A DNA stretch of 64,000 bases, from the UHGV virus genome UHGV-0125199. One strand, written 5' to 3'. Below are positions 28,847 to 38,339 of this stretch, piece after piece (position 1 is the stretch's first letter; every line of letters starts with the position of its first letter). The notes beneath the pieces were generated by a model. That model did no database searches and was not told where the DNA came from. It saw nothing but the letters and a program-made list of their open reading frames with translations. Origin of the DNA: a virus. The position numbers were made by a program, and so were the translations under genes.

Positions 28847-30328
28847 TTATCCTACAAGTTCATACTTGTTCCTTAAAAATTCACCAATATCATTTACCAT
28901 GTATGTATAATTTTCTTTTTGATCTTTAATATATGTAGAATTTCTGTTAAAGAAACTTCCCATCCACTCAGGAATTTCTAAATCTATGTTTGTTTCAAAG
29001 CTGTACGCAACAACAGCAAGTAAAGAATTCATGTTTTCAGGCTCAAGAAGCTTAGATGAACCGTCAATTTTTTTGTCCTTCCGTAGTTTTTTTACCCAAT
29101 CATTTAAAGAAATCTTGTAAATTTCAACATCTTCACCAATCACATCTTCTTTAACATTTTCTTTGATAAATTCAAGAGCGTTCTGGTCTGAAGAAGCATT
29201 ATCTATTACATTATTCTCTCCCACTTCGACAAGACTTTCTTCATCTTCTTTAATATGTAAATACTCTTTCATAAGAGCAGTTAAGATGTTAATTTTCTCT
29301 TTTAAAATAGCCTTACCTTTTGTATGACGATCCTCATTTAATTTGTCAAATGTTGCTCCATTTACATCTTTTTTATATAAAGACTTTTCAAATTCTTCTA
29401 CAAAATCCTTAAACTTAATATCATCTAATCCAAATTTAGCAAACTCTTTAAACACAGGGATCCAAACAATAACATTTTTTGGCACAAACACTTCTGTGAA
29501 ATTATCTTTGCACACAGATTCAATCCTGCTAAAATATTCATTTACAGTATCAAAGTGTTCTTCCGTTGCGTTCTCATTTAGATATTTGCTCATGTTCTTT
29601 ATTGCACTTTTCCAGTTATCAAAGAAAAACGTTGTCATGACAGATTCACATACAAGTCTTTCTCTAATACCTTTCGATTGCTGCTTACCGGAACAAGACA
29701 TACAATTTTTAAAGAATTTATTTTTCTCAGATATTGTCCTTATTTTTCTTGCATGTAAATCAATATAAGTAAATGCTTTCTGAGATGTATTCATTCCCAA
29801 ATGATTGTTGTATCTTCTCACCAATTTACTAATCTGTGACATCGTACAATGCTGATGTATTGTAATGTCAATCTGATAATCATCAAACATTTTTTTCAAT
29901 TCTGGCGGTAACATTTCATATGTTTTTCTTCTCAAATCATATTCAACAGATTCCCAAATAACTTTTCCGTATTCATCTTTACAGATTTTATTATTTTCAT
30001 CTTTCTTTTTTCTCTGATATTGGATAATTGGATCTTCTAAAGCAGCTGTAATTTTATAGTTTTCATGCTTAAATTTAATCAACGCAGAACTTCTTTGCAT
30101 TCCATCAACAATGTATTGCTGCACAACGTCTTCGTCCAAATCTTCTTCTCCTAAGATAATTGGGGGAATATAATCATCAGTTAATACAGTTTTGATTAAC
30201 TCATTCACCATTCCATTTTCCCAACAAAACAGTCTTTGAACGTCCTGATTATCACTAATATCTTCTTCCACAATCTTTTCTAAATAAGAATCTAGCGATA
30301 ATGTCTTTTTTCTAATTTTCTTTGCCAT
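28847..30328 (-). CDS. DUF262 (ParB-like nuclease superfamily, GmrSD N-terminal-type) domain protein
   Basis: DVQRLFCWENGM and IVDGMQRSSAL match the DUF262 QR-x-x-W and DGQQR motifs. No C-terminal DUF1524/HNH motif was seen. Confidence 0.5.
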   Translation of the reverse strand: MAKKIRKKTLSLDSYLEKIVEEDISDNQDVQRLFCWENGMVNELIKTVLTDDYIPPIILGEEDLDEDVVQQYIVDGMQRSSALIKFKHENYKITAALEDPIIQYQRKKKDENNKICKDEYGKVIWESVEYDLRRKTYEMLPPELKKMFDDYQIDITIHQHCTMSQISKLVRRYNNHLGMNTSQKAFTYIDLHARKIRTISEKNKFFKNCMSCSGKQQSKGIRERLVCESVMTTFFFDNWKSAIKNMSKYLNENATEEHFDTVNEYFSRIESVCKDNFTEVFVPKNVIVWIPVFKEFAKFGLDDIKFKDFVEEFEKSLYKKDVNGATFDKLNEDRHTKGKAILKEKINILTALMKEYLHIKEDEESLVEVGENNVIDNASSDQNALEFIKENVKEDVIGEDVEIYKISLNDWVKKLRKDKKIDGSSKLLEPENMNSLLAVVAYSFETNIDLEIPEWMGSFFNRNSTYIKDQKENYTYMVNDIGEFLRNKYELVG

Positions 30329-30348
30329 GATTATATTCCTCCAATTTT

Positions 30349-30975
30349 TTATTCACACAATAACACTTTTACATTTTCATAAAGACGCATAGTCCCAAGT
30401 ATATTGTCTTTATATTCTCTTTCTGTTATGTTTAATTCTTCAATAATTTCATCTTGAGTGTATCCATCGCATATGAGATCGACCGCCTTTTGTTGCTTAT
30501 AAGATAAATTGCTCTTATACATTTCAATTTTATCTGTTGTGGGGTGAAGTCTATTTATAATTTCCCCTTCTAAATTAAAACCAGAAGAAATGCCTTCTTC
30601 CAACGTGTAATCTTCATCTGGATCAACTTTCATATGTATGGATATATCTGGAATAACTATAGGATTTCCGTCCTTATCTCTCATAATTTTTCCTTTACTA
30701 TCTGTTACAAGATTACATCTTTTAAACCTTATACAATCTCTTTTCCACGTTTCTTTTCTTCTTACAAGGTTTCCATAGAAATATGTACTAAATTTACAAT
30801 TTTTCGACTCATCATATGTATCCATACTCTTCAGAAGAATATCGACAGCTTTATCATAATAATCATCCCAATACATTTTCGGGATATTTGTTTTGGAAAT
30901 GATTTTGTCGCATATTTTACGAATTTTTTTCATGTCATTTCCGATATAATCTTCGAGAATTTTATTCTTGTCCAT
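30349..30975 (-). CDS. sigma-70 family (ECF-like) sigma factor
   Basis: KFSTYFYGNLVRRKETWKRD is region-2-like. C-terminal HTH YKQQKAVDLICDGYTQDEIIEELNITEREY is region-4-like. Confidence 0.55.
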   Translation of the reverse strand: MDKNKILEDYIGNDMKKIRKICDKIISKTNIPKMYWDDYYDKAVDILLKSMDTYDESKNCKFSTYFYGNLVRRKETWKRDCIRFKRCNLVTDSKGKIMRDKDGNPIVIPDISIHMKVDPDEDYTLEEGISSGFNLEGEIINRLHPTTDKIEMYKSNLSYKQQKAVDLICDGYTQDEIIEELNITEREYKDNILGTMRLYENVKVLLCE

Positions 30976-31005
30976 CTTTATAAACCTCTCACAATGTCAC
31001 AATAT

Positions 31006-31704
31006 TTATGTATGTTCCTCATCAAAGAAGTCATCGTCTTCAATGATTCTTATCTCAAATCTTCTAGTACCAAGACGATTAAAAGTTTTTTCGATGTTCT
31101 TAATCCCAATCGTACATTTTGTATTATCCAGGACGGATTGAATAATTACCAACTCATCTTTAATCTGTCTTCGTTTTTCAAGAATTTCTTTTTCCAACTT
31201 ATATAATTTGTATCCATCACAGCCTGACTTCCACTTTTCTAATTCAATCTGATGCATACAGTTTGACAATTCACGATCAACATTTGCCAATTTTTTATGT
31301 AATACTGTTCTTCTTCTCGTAGCGCCTTCCACAAATTCGCTACACTGTCTTGATTTTTCGATCCACTGTACAACCTCATCGCACGGTATGTACGAATCTT
31401 TTCTTATGTATTTCTTCTCTTCTGATTGCACATTATCTGTTTTTGTTTTGTCCTGAAGAACTTCCTGTTCAGATTGTGGAGCAGGTTTTACTTTAAAATG
31501 AAAGTTCTTCAATACTTTTGGAAGATTCTTTAGAATATTATCAGCTTTATCCTTTTCAAATACTTGAGCGTTGCGTTTAGAACAAGTTACCGGAGAACCT
31601 TCAGGACTTAACCTGATGTACAATTTGTCGTTTGTCACGACATAATTCATTTCAACCACCCTTCCTTTTTTACTTTTCATTGCGTTATTCACTACATTTG
31701 ACAT
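31006..31704 (-). CDS. hypothetical protein
   Basis: ORF track. Confidence 0.5.
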   Translation of the reverse strand: MSNVVNNAMKSKKGRVVEMNYVVTNDKLYIRLSPEGSPVTCSKRNAQVFEKDKADNILKNLPKVLKNFHFKVKPAPQSEQEVLQDKTKTDNVQSEEKKYIRKDSYIPCDEVVQWIEKSRQCSEFVEGATRRRTVLHKKLANVDRELSNCMHQIELEKWKSGCDGYKLYKLEKEILEKRRQIKDELVIIQSVLDNTKCTIGIKNIEKTFNRLGTRRFEIRIIEDDDFFDEEHT

Positions 31705-31709
31705 GATTT

Positions 31710-33215
31710 TCTAAAAAATTGCATCAGAAATAAGCGTTTAGAAACTTGTCCACACGATTGAACTTCTCATGGCTAAAGCCACGAGATTCTTGGGAACTCT
31801 TTTCTATTGAAAAGATATTTACCAAGCTAACTCGATAGTTCCTACCGTTATTATTTATTTCGTTACGCTACTTCTAATATCCTTAATCCTTCATTTAGAA
31901 TATTTATCGCAGCATTTATATCTCTATCGTGATGAGTATGGCAACAAGGACAATCCCATTCTCTAACATTAAGATTTTTAGTTTCTTTATTCACATATCC
32001 GCATACACTACAAATTTGAGAACTCGCAAAGAATTTATCTACTTTAATAACCTCTCTACCATACCAATTAGATTTATATTCTAGTTGTCTGACAAACTCA
32101 GACTATGATACGTCCACAATAGATTGAGCAAGTTTATGATTTTTAATAATATTTTTTACTTGTAAATCTTCAATACATATCACATCATTACCCCTAACAA
32201 TCTTAGTAGATAATTTCTGCAAGAAGTCTTTTCTCTGATTTGCGATATGTTCCTGAAGTCTTGCAACCTTAATTCTTGCTTTATTACGATTTGAACTACC
32301 TTTTGATTTTCGAGATAATTCTCTTTGTAATTTTGCAAGTTTATCTAAAGACTTCTTTAAATACTTTGGGTTTGGAATTATTTCTCCTTCAGATGTTATA
32401 CAAAATTCTTTTATTCCAAGATCAATACCAACTGCATTTTTTGTTTTAGGTAATGGTTGAATTTCAATATCAGTACAACAAAGCGACACAAAATATTTTC
32501 CACTTGGTTCTTGTGATATAGTGGCATTAAGTATTCTACCTTGTGGTATTAGCTTATTTTTCGTTTTTACCATTCCCAACTTTGGAAGTTTAATGTATTT
32601 ATTGCAATATTGAATATTACCGTTTACACATTTTGACTTATAGGAATATCTATGTGTTTTCTTTGATTTGAATTTTGGATAACCTGTGTGTTCTTTAAAG
32701 AACTTCTGATATGCTGAATCTAAATCCCTAAGAGAAGATTGAAGAGCAGTGGAATCAACTTCTTTAAGCCATTCGAGTTCCAATTTCAGTGTCTTCATAT
32801 CATTTGCACATTGTACATATGAAAATGTTTCTTTATTTTTCTCATACATTTCGATGCGTTTTGCAAGGTATTTATTATATACAAATCTACAAGAACCAAA
32901 AGTTTTAGTAATTATTTCTTTTTGCTTCTTATTTGGATATATTCGATATTTATAAGCTTTTTCCACCGATTTCACCTCGCTTCCGCTTTTGATTTTTAAT
33001 ATACTTTCTAATTTGTTCTTCTGTGTTTTACACACAATACAATATGATATTGAATTGAATATACATAACCCCTACCATGTGTTACTTCCATGATTTGTCC
33101 CCTCATATGTATATTCTCCATTTGGCGATTCATCTCATCACTAAAGTGACGAGTGTTCTCGCCTAATCTAATAAAAAGTAAATTTCAATATTCAGTTTTC
33201 CAATATTTGGAATTT
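31710..33215 (-). mobile_element. IS605-family (IS1341-like, tnpB-only) insertion sequence; approximate boundaries
   Basis: tnpB flanked by subterminal hairpins: ctcatggctaaagccacgag at about 31768, and ggcga...cactaaagtga...tcgcc at about 33128-33165. Confidence 0.4.
31863..33035 (-). pseudogene. tnpB: IS200/IS605-family TnpB, second and divergent copy, with an in-frame TAG at 32103-32105 replacing the conserved Trp codon
   Basis: N-terminal part has RuvC-I AVGIDLGIKEF and RuvC-II VICIEDLQVKN. The same frame continues after TAG as [37 protein letters not shown]...[19 protein letters not shown] (zinc finger, RuvC-III). Canonical TnpB has W at the stop position (DxxWxEF). Confidence 0.8.
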
Positions 33216-33228
33216 TTAGCTGATACGC

Positions 33229-33257
33229 TTGACTACTTTGGAAAAAATATGTATTAT
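33229..33257 (+). promoter_or_regulatory. sigma-A-like promoter (TTGACT-17-TATTAT) driving the candidate sRNA
   Basis: -35 TTGACT at 33229-33234, 17-nt spacer, -10 TATTAT at 33252-33257. Confidence 0.4.
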
Positions 33258-33264
33258 ACTAGTA

Positions 33265-33384
33265 GGGATAGCGCAAGCTGTTCTTAGCACTCCCATTTTG
33301 GGAAATGCGTTTTTTGGTTTTAGAAGAGCCGGAACCGGAGGTGTTGGCGCACCTGTGATGGATCTCCGTCTCTTCTTTTTTATT
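33265..33384 (+). ncRNA. candidate structured small RNA (about 120 nt), GC-enriched, ending in an intrinsic terminator
   Basis: Promoter immediately upstream. Locally GC-rich segment in an AT-rich genome. Terminator hairpin cggaggtgttggcgcacctgtgatggatctccg followed by tctcttctttttt. The overlapping ORFs have implausible composition. Confidence 0.35.
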
Positions 33385-33424
33385 ATGTTTACAAAAGGTA
33401 TATTAACACGAACACTTGTTCTTG

Positions 33425-33763
33425 TCAATAGTTGCCAGAACGTTTGTTCGATTTTTTGTTCTTTTTCTGTTCTTCTGTATCCGGGAAAGGATCATGAACT
33501 AATATTGTACTCATAGTCCCGATAGGACGAATGTTTATTACGTCTTCTTGCTTTTCAGAAAAAACTCTTAATTGATTAAGAAAGTCATCACATATCTTTG
33601 CAATAGTTTCAGATCTTTCTATGATTTCCTTGCATTCCTGAAAAGTTTTTCTTTCAAATCCTATTACTTCATTTTCACTTTCTAAGTCCTGTTCCGCAAC
33701 TAAGACTTTTTTTCCTTTACAATATTTCACTGCTTCATCAATATCCATTAATACATATCTCAT
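33425..33763 (-). CDS. hypothetical acidic protein downstream of mazF-like gene (candidate antitoxin in reversed order)
   Basis: 4-nt overlap with the MazF stop; acidic composition. Confidence 0.4.
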   Translation of the reverse strand: MRYVLMDIDEAVKYCKGKKVLVAEQDLESENEVIGFERKTFQECKEIIERSETIAKICDDFLNQLRVFSEKQEDVINIRPIGTMSTILVHDPFPDTEEQKKNKKSNKRSGNY

Positions 33764-34125
33764 TTTAAATCATCTCCCCACATTGGATTTGCTTCATAAA
33801 CCCTTCTAATTTCTCGCTTGTCTTTTATATCTGTCAATTTGCCGAGGTATTTTATAATTCTTAACTCTGAAATTTGTTTTAAACATTCTGCCAAAACAAT
33901 AGAATCTTTTACCAAACCAGTTCCTCTACCTCTTTTTATCAGAGTATGCGTAGGCTGGTTTGGATTTTTTAATTTTGTACTTATTGGCATAACTAACGTA
34001 GTTGCTGCATGATGATTGCCAATATCATTCTGAATCACAACTGCTGGTCTTTTACCACCTTGCTCATGACCTATCGGATTATCTCCGAAGTCAACCATAA
34101 CAATATCAAACTGCTTTACATTCAT
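33760..34125 (-). CDS. mazF: MazF/PemK-family endoribonuclease toxin
   Basis: FDIVMVDFGDNPIGHEQGGKRPAVVIQND matches the PemK/MazF core. Own RBS AAAGGAGGA. Confidence 0.75.
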   Translation of the reverse strand: MNVKQFDIVMVDFGDNPIGHEQGGKRPAVVIQNDIGNHHAATTLVMPISTKLKNPNQPTHTLIKRGRGTGLVKDSIVLAECLKQISELRIIKYLGKLTDIKDKREIRRVYEANPMWGDDLK

Positions 34126-34177
34126 TACGCATCCTCCTTTCTTTTGAATCTATGTACTTCTCTCTTTCGTTGTTATA

Positions 34178-34217
34178 AGTATATACTCTTTACAGTATAT
34201 TGTCAAGAGTATATTCT
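34178..34217. promoter_or_regulatory. imperfect inverted repeat / operator in the divergent mazF-XRE intergenic region
   Basis: agtatatactctt ... aagagtatattct, separated by 14 bp. Confidence 0.3.
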
Positions 34218-34296
34218 ATAAAATATATTTATTTTCTCAAGAATATATGCTAAACTATATACTGTAAACAATATACGAAGGACAGGAGATGGATAC

Positions 34297-34563
34297 ATGC
34301 GCTTAGATATTAAAGATTTAGTGGATAAAAAATTCCAAAATAAAAATCAATTTGCAAAAGCAATCGGTGTTGGATATCCTGCTGCTTGTAAACTTTACGA
34401 TGGAGATACAAGCAAAATAAATTTTGACACACTAGAAAGAATATGTATCGCGCTAGAATGTACTCCAACTGATTTATTCAAATCTGACGATCCAGCGTTA
34501 AATAGACTTCTTTTATATTATTGCAAGTTACATGAATCTATTGAAAAAGACGATACCAAATAA
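34297..34563 (+). CDS. XRE-family helix-turn-helix transcriptional regulator
   Basis: NQFAKAIGVGYPAACKLYDG...LERICIALECTPTDLF is a typical Cro/CI-type HTH. Confidence 0.7.
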   Translation: MRLDIKDLVDKKFQNKNQFAKAIGVGYPAACKLYDGDTSKINFDTLERICIALECTPTDLFKSDDPALNRLLLYYCKLHESIEKDDTK

Positions 34564-34588
34564 GTATCGTCTTTACATATATCTTCAA

Positions 34589-34981
34589 TTATTCATCTGT
34601 AAGATTTTCAAAGATTTTAATAAAATCCGGTTTACTCAACTCTTTGAGCTTCGCAACAAGTTTCTTATCAGCAAACTCATGAGTCCATGTTGATTCACCA
34701 AGTAATTTATTTGCATACTTCTGTGCGTAATCAAAATTGCAGCAAACCGTATCTGTATGTATAGTTATAACTGCTGCCTCTTCTGAGCTTAAATTATCAC
34801 ATGTCGCAACAAAATCTGGCTTAATGAATTCCTTCAATGACTCAATAATATTCTCGTTTTCATAATCTTGTTTCGTAATTTTTCTGCCGGTAACTTCATC
34901 CACGTACTTTTGTACATCCTTAAAATCACAGCATAATTCTCCTGTGTATGCGCTTATCACTACTGCATCTCTTTTCTTCAT
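34589..34981 (-). CDS. hypothetical protein made of two ~50-aa internal repeats
   Basis: CCDFKDVQKY...LKEFIKPDF...NLSSEE repeats as CCNFDYAQKY...LKELSKPDF...NLTDE. Confidence 0.45.
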   Translation of the reverse strand: MKKRDAVVISAYTGELCCDFKDVQKYVDEVTGRKITKQDYENENIIESLKEFIKPDFVATCDNLSSEEAAVITIHTDTVCCNFDYAQKYANKLLGESTWTHEFADKKLVAKLKELSKPDFIKIFENLTDE

Positions 34982-35212
34982 ACATTACACCTCTTCTTTC
35001 TTTGAAATTATCTTTGAATTGTATCCTTTGCTTTTCTAACTGCTATGTCCCAACTTACTTCTATTCCGGAACCAATACTGTACCATGTATCTTGTTTTTC
35101 ACTGTATTGCAAAACGTTCCAGCACCATAAATTTGTCTTTTCTTTATGAGGTTCCAGGATAACTTTTCTTTGATTATACATAATTTTACACCTCTAAATT
35201 TAAAAATGAAAG

Positions 35213-35425
35213 TTAAATTTCATCTAAAATATCACTTTCAATATACCGAATCATCCCATAAATAGAAATATCCTTCAACTCTCCATTTTCAATAATTACT
35301 TCATCGGGATATTCTTTCTTGCAATACAGTGCCGCAGATACTCTAATTCCGTCTAAAAATCCTGCCATTTCTACAGCACTATCAATACTTTTAATTTCTT
35401 CCTTTATCTTTTCTATTACTTTCAT
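35213..35425 (-). CDS. hypothetical small protein
   Basis: ORF track. Confidence 0.35.
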   Translation of the reverse strand: MKVIEKIKEEIKSIDSAVEMAGFLDGIRVSAALYCKKEYPDEVIIENGELKDISIYGMIRYIESDILDEI

Positions 35426-35473
35426 TTTATCTCCTTATAAAATTCAGACTTTACTTTATTTTATATTTCCTGA

Positions 35474-35848
35474 TTATCCACTAATTGCAGATTTCAAACC
35501 TCTCAAAAGATTAGGGGTAACTGGTGTCAAATATGGATTGTCAATTCTATCTTTTACACCATCAATACTATCGTACCAATAATCACATTCAAGATACGGC
35601 ATATATTTTCCATCTACACAATAAATTTTGTTTCCTTTATATTCTTCCACAAAATATTGCTCTTCACTTTTTCTTTTACACTCTTCAGAACATACCGGAG
35701 CATTGACTCTTCTATTAAATGTTATGATGTTCCCATTGATATCTTTCTTTTTAAAATTTCCAAACAGTGTTGTCTTTGAACACATAGCAAAATCTTTAAG
35801 ACCAAATTGCTCATACTCTTTTCCACATACTGGACATTTCCATTTCAT
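35474..35848 (-). CDS. Cys-rich zinc-binding protein
   Basis: CPVCGK...CSEECKRK. Confidence 0.45.
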   Translation of the reverse strand: MKWKCPVCGKEYEQFGLKDFAMCSKTTLFGNFKKKDINGNIITFNRRVNAPVCSEECKRKSEEQYFVEEYKGNKIYCVDGKYMPYLECDYWYDSIDGVKDRIDNPYLTPVTPNLLRGLKSAISG

Positions 35849-35859
35849 AATACTCGCCC

Positions 35860-36165
35860 CTATTCTTCCATATACGGATTATCTTTCAGCCTGTAATCAC
35901 AACCCTTCGCCAAAAGAAACTGTCTCCATTTCAGCAGCTCTTTTTCATTCAATTCAAAATCATGAGTCTCTATTCCTTCTAGTGATAAATCCAATGTATC
36001 TGGAATATCCGGATATTCTTCCAATATATAAATACTACAAGACATTTGATTCGATTCTTTATCTCTTTGAATATCGTTTACACATCTTGTATAGGGAAAT
36101 ATATCTTTGATAATGAATTCAATTTCTTCATCCGTTAAATCTAGAAACTCTCTATATTTTAACAT
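35860..36165 (-). CDS. hypothetical protein
   Basis: ORF track. Confidence 0.4.
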   Translation of the reverse strand: MLKYREFLDLTDEEIEFIIKDIFPYTRCVNDIQRDKESNQMSCSIYILEEYPDIPDTLDLSLEGIETHDFELNEKELLKWRQFLLAKGCDYRLKDNPYMEE

Positions 36166-36194
36166 TATACCTGCCTCCTCAATTCACACTTTCA

Positions 36195-36437
36195 TTAACA
36201 AATCTGTCTTTTCCAACCTCTTTTCTTGAGTTCTGAATAATAGTCCACTTTTTCTAAGCATCTACATTTCTCATAGGATATCAAATCCATTGTTGGTTTA
36301 TTCAAACATCTTTTACATTTTACATCTTCTTTTGATAGCCATACCTGATGTAATCTACACCAATATTCCGGATCAATACATATTTTATTATCTATTCCCA
36401 TTCTAGGATTGTTGGCATCTGCTATTTTATACTGCAA
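36195..36437 (-). CDS. hypothetical Cys-containing protein
   Basis: ORF track. Confidence 0.35.
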   Translation of the reverse strand: MQYKIADANNPRMGIDNKICIDPEYWCRLHQVWLSKEDVKCKRCLNKPTMDLISYEKCRCLEKVDYYSELKKRGWKRQIC

Positions 36438-36461
36438 TTATACACCTCCAAGAAAACATAA

Positions 36462-36731
36462 CTATTCTATGCTGCAATATCCAATACATTGAGGTATGTC
36501 ATATTTATTTTCTCCAAATCTATTAGTACATACATATCTTAGTTCTTTCCAATCGGTTCTATCATCTTTACCATAGTCTTTTGTAACAAACAAATCCGAT
36601 CTTTCAAAAATTGCACCCCAATAATTCCAGTATTCTAAAATATAATCGTACATCTGATCAATGGTGTCGAATTCCATTTCATCTTTTAATGATTCGCTCA
36701 ACATTCCTTTATCTGGTCTATATTTAACCAT
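36462..36731 (-). CDS. hypothetical protein
   Basis: ORF track. Confidence 0.35.
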   Translation of the reverse strand: MVKYRPDKGMLSESLKDEMEFDTIDQMYDYILEYWNYWGAIFERSDLFVTKDYGKDDRTDWKELRYVCTNRFGENKYDIPQCIGYCSIE

Positions 36732-36851
36732 ACATCCTCCTGAATGAAACTTAGATTTCTTCAGCTTCTCTGTTCATCTTCATCAGATATCTTACAAGTG
36801 TATACCTGAACACAATCAACTTCTATCTCAAACATATATTATTCCATTCAA

Positions 36852-37253
36852 TCAATCGTTTAAGCTAATTTGATAAATATCTTCTACCCAATCTGCTATT
36901 TTATTTCCATATCCAATTAATCCGTTCCATGTGCATACTGCGTTAAAAATTTCTTTTCTGCTCATCGAATAGATTTCCATATCTCTACTCACATCTATTT
37001 CGTCTAAGTCTAAATTCTTCCTCACACACCTCATAATATATTCAGGGTATTTCATGTTATTAGAATCAATATGCTCTTCATATCTCTTTATTTTTTTTAC
37101 AATATCCTTTGCACCTGCAATTAACTGTAACTCTGATACTTTGTCAAACTGTTTAATATTCAAAGTGCAAACAGGCAAATCGTTTTCTTCCAAAATCTGT
37201 TTTACAATATTAAATCTTTCTTGTGTAGTCATATTATCCTCACTTTCTGTCAT
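36852..37253 (-). CDS. hypothetical protein
   Basis: ORF track. Confidence 0.45.
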   Translation of the reverse strand: MTESEDNMTTQERFNIVKQILEENDLPVCTLNIKQFDKVSELQLIAGAKDIVKKIKRYEEHIDSNNMKYPEYIMRCVRKNLDLDEIDVSRDMEIYSMSRKEIFNAVCTWNGLIGYGNKIADWVEDIYQISLND

Positions 37254-37270
37254 CTAAACCGGCATGAAAC

Positions 37271-37507
37271 CTACATTTCTTTTACTTTAATAAACATCTT
37301 TTTCGGGAGTATTTTATTGCAGTTTATACACCTTCGTCTTCTACTACAAAATTCTGTAATATCTTCAGAAGCTCCACATGGCTCATCATTGTAATCAAAA
37401 AGCAAATCTCTAATTACTCTTTCTGTTATATAGTATCCTTTCCCTGAACCACAAAACGGGCATATTTTTTGTTCCTCCATAATTCCCCTTCGCTTGAAAT
37501 CAATCAT
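37271..37507 (-). CDS. zinc-ribbon protein
   Basis: CPFCGSG...CINCNK. Confidence 0.35.
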   Translation of the reverse strand: MIDFKRRGIMEEQKICPFCGSGKGYYITERVIRDLLFDYNDEPCGASEDITEFCSRRRRCINCNKILPKKMFIKVKEM

Positions 37508-37553
37508 TCAATTTTCGCTGTTTACTATACTTCTTATCAATCCTTCATGACTT

Positions 37554-38339
37554 CTACGCATTTTTAATTTCCTCAATTTTCTTTTTGTATTCTTCTTTTA
37601 ATTCCAAATAATTTTTAATTTCTTCTGCTTGTTCATCCGTGATTGATGTTTTCTCTCCATTCAGATATATAGAATAATTCCCTGTTTTCCCGTAAATTTT
37701 TTGATTCCATTTGCAACCTTTCAAGACTTCCGGAACAATAGGTTTCTCTATTGCGTTAATTTTGTCTTTCTTTTCCATCCACTTCTTTTGCTGATCTAAG
37801 GCGATTTGATAATGAGCCATAGCAAACAATCCTTTGTCGGAAACTGTATGATCTGCTCCGATAGACACAGCTTTTGTAATTTCATCTTGCAAATCGTTTA
37901 ACTTTATAACCTTGTTCCAACACATCATAGGCGCAGATAAAGAATACCAGTCATTTGCTGATTCTCTTCCGCTCCAACTATAGCCTCCTAAAGACTTAAT
38001 ATCATCTTTATAAGGTTTTGTATTACCACTAAACCATACAGATAGCATAATGCTCCCGTCATCATCGTTAATATACGGTAAGACAGAAGCATTAAAAATA
38101 AATCCTTCTTTCTGAGCCGCTTCTTCCATTTTCTTTTTATAGCACTCTTTGCACAACCCGCTTGATTTAAAATATTCTATTTTTCTATCTCTTTCTTTTT
38201 CTTTACCAAATAACTCTACAGTATCTTCGTGCCCGCAGCCCATTGTTATTGTATATTTAGCCATAATATCACTCCTTATAAAGAACTCTTCTATCTTATT
38301 TTTTCCGGCGCTAAAATCGCCCATGCTATACATTTGCAA
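37554..38339 (-). CDS. hypothetical protein
   Basis: 261-aa ORF. Confidence 0.5.
   Translation of the reverse strand: MQMYSMGDFSAGKNKIEEFFIRSDIMAKYTITMGCGHEDTVELFGKEKERDRKIEYFKSSGLCKECYKKKMEEAAQKEGFIFNASVLPYINDDDGSIMLSVWFSGNTKPYKDDIKSLGGYSWSGRESANDWYSLSAPMMCWNKVIKLNDLQDEITKAVSIGADHTVSDKGLFAMAHYQIALDQQKKWMEKKDKINAIEKPIVPEVLKGCKWNQKIYGKTGNYSIYLNGEKTSITDEQAEEIKNYLELKEEYKKKIEEIKNA

Noticed and set aside
30634-31206. 190-aa plus-strand ORF antisense to the sigma factor and neighbouring gene
   Set aside because: It is an antisense shadow ORF with Phe/Ile-rich AT-codon composition.
32103-32105. Idea that the in-frame TAG in tnpB copy 2 reflects a genome-wide alternative genetic code (amber recoding, as in some crAss-like or Lak phages)
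   Set aside because: Other genes in the window give long uninterrupted frames under the standard code. I saw no other conserved domain interrupted by an in-frame stop. A single transition at a Trp codon (TGG to TAG) is the simpler explanation, though local readthrough cannot be excluded.
33216-33516. ORFs 33216..33428 (-) and 33229..33516 (+) over the candidate sRNA
   Set aside because: The GC-rich Pro/Gly/Arg-rich translations are atypical for this genome. They coincide with a promoter-terminator-delimited hairpin-rich segment and one starts with TTG, so they are better read as structured RNA/terminator.
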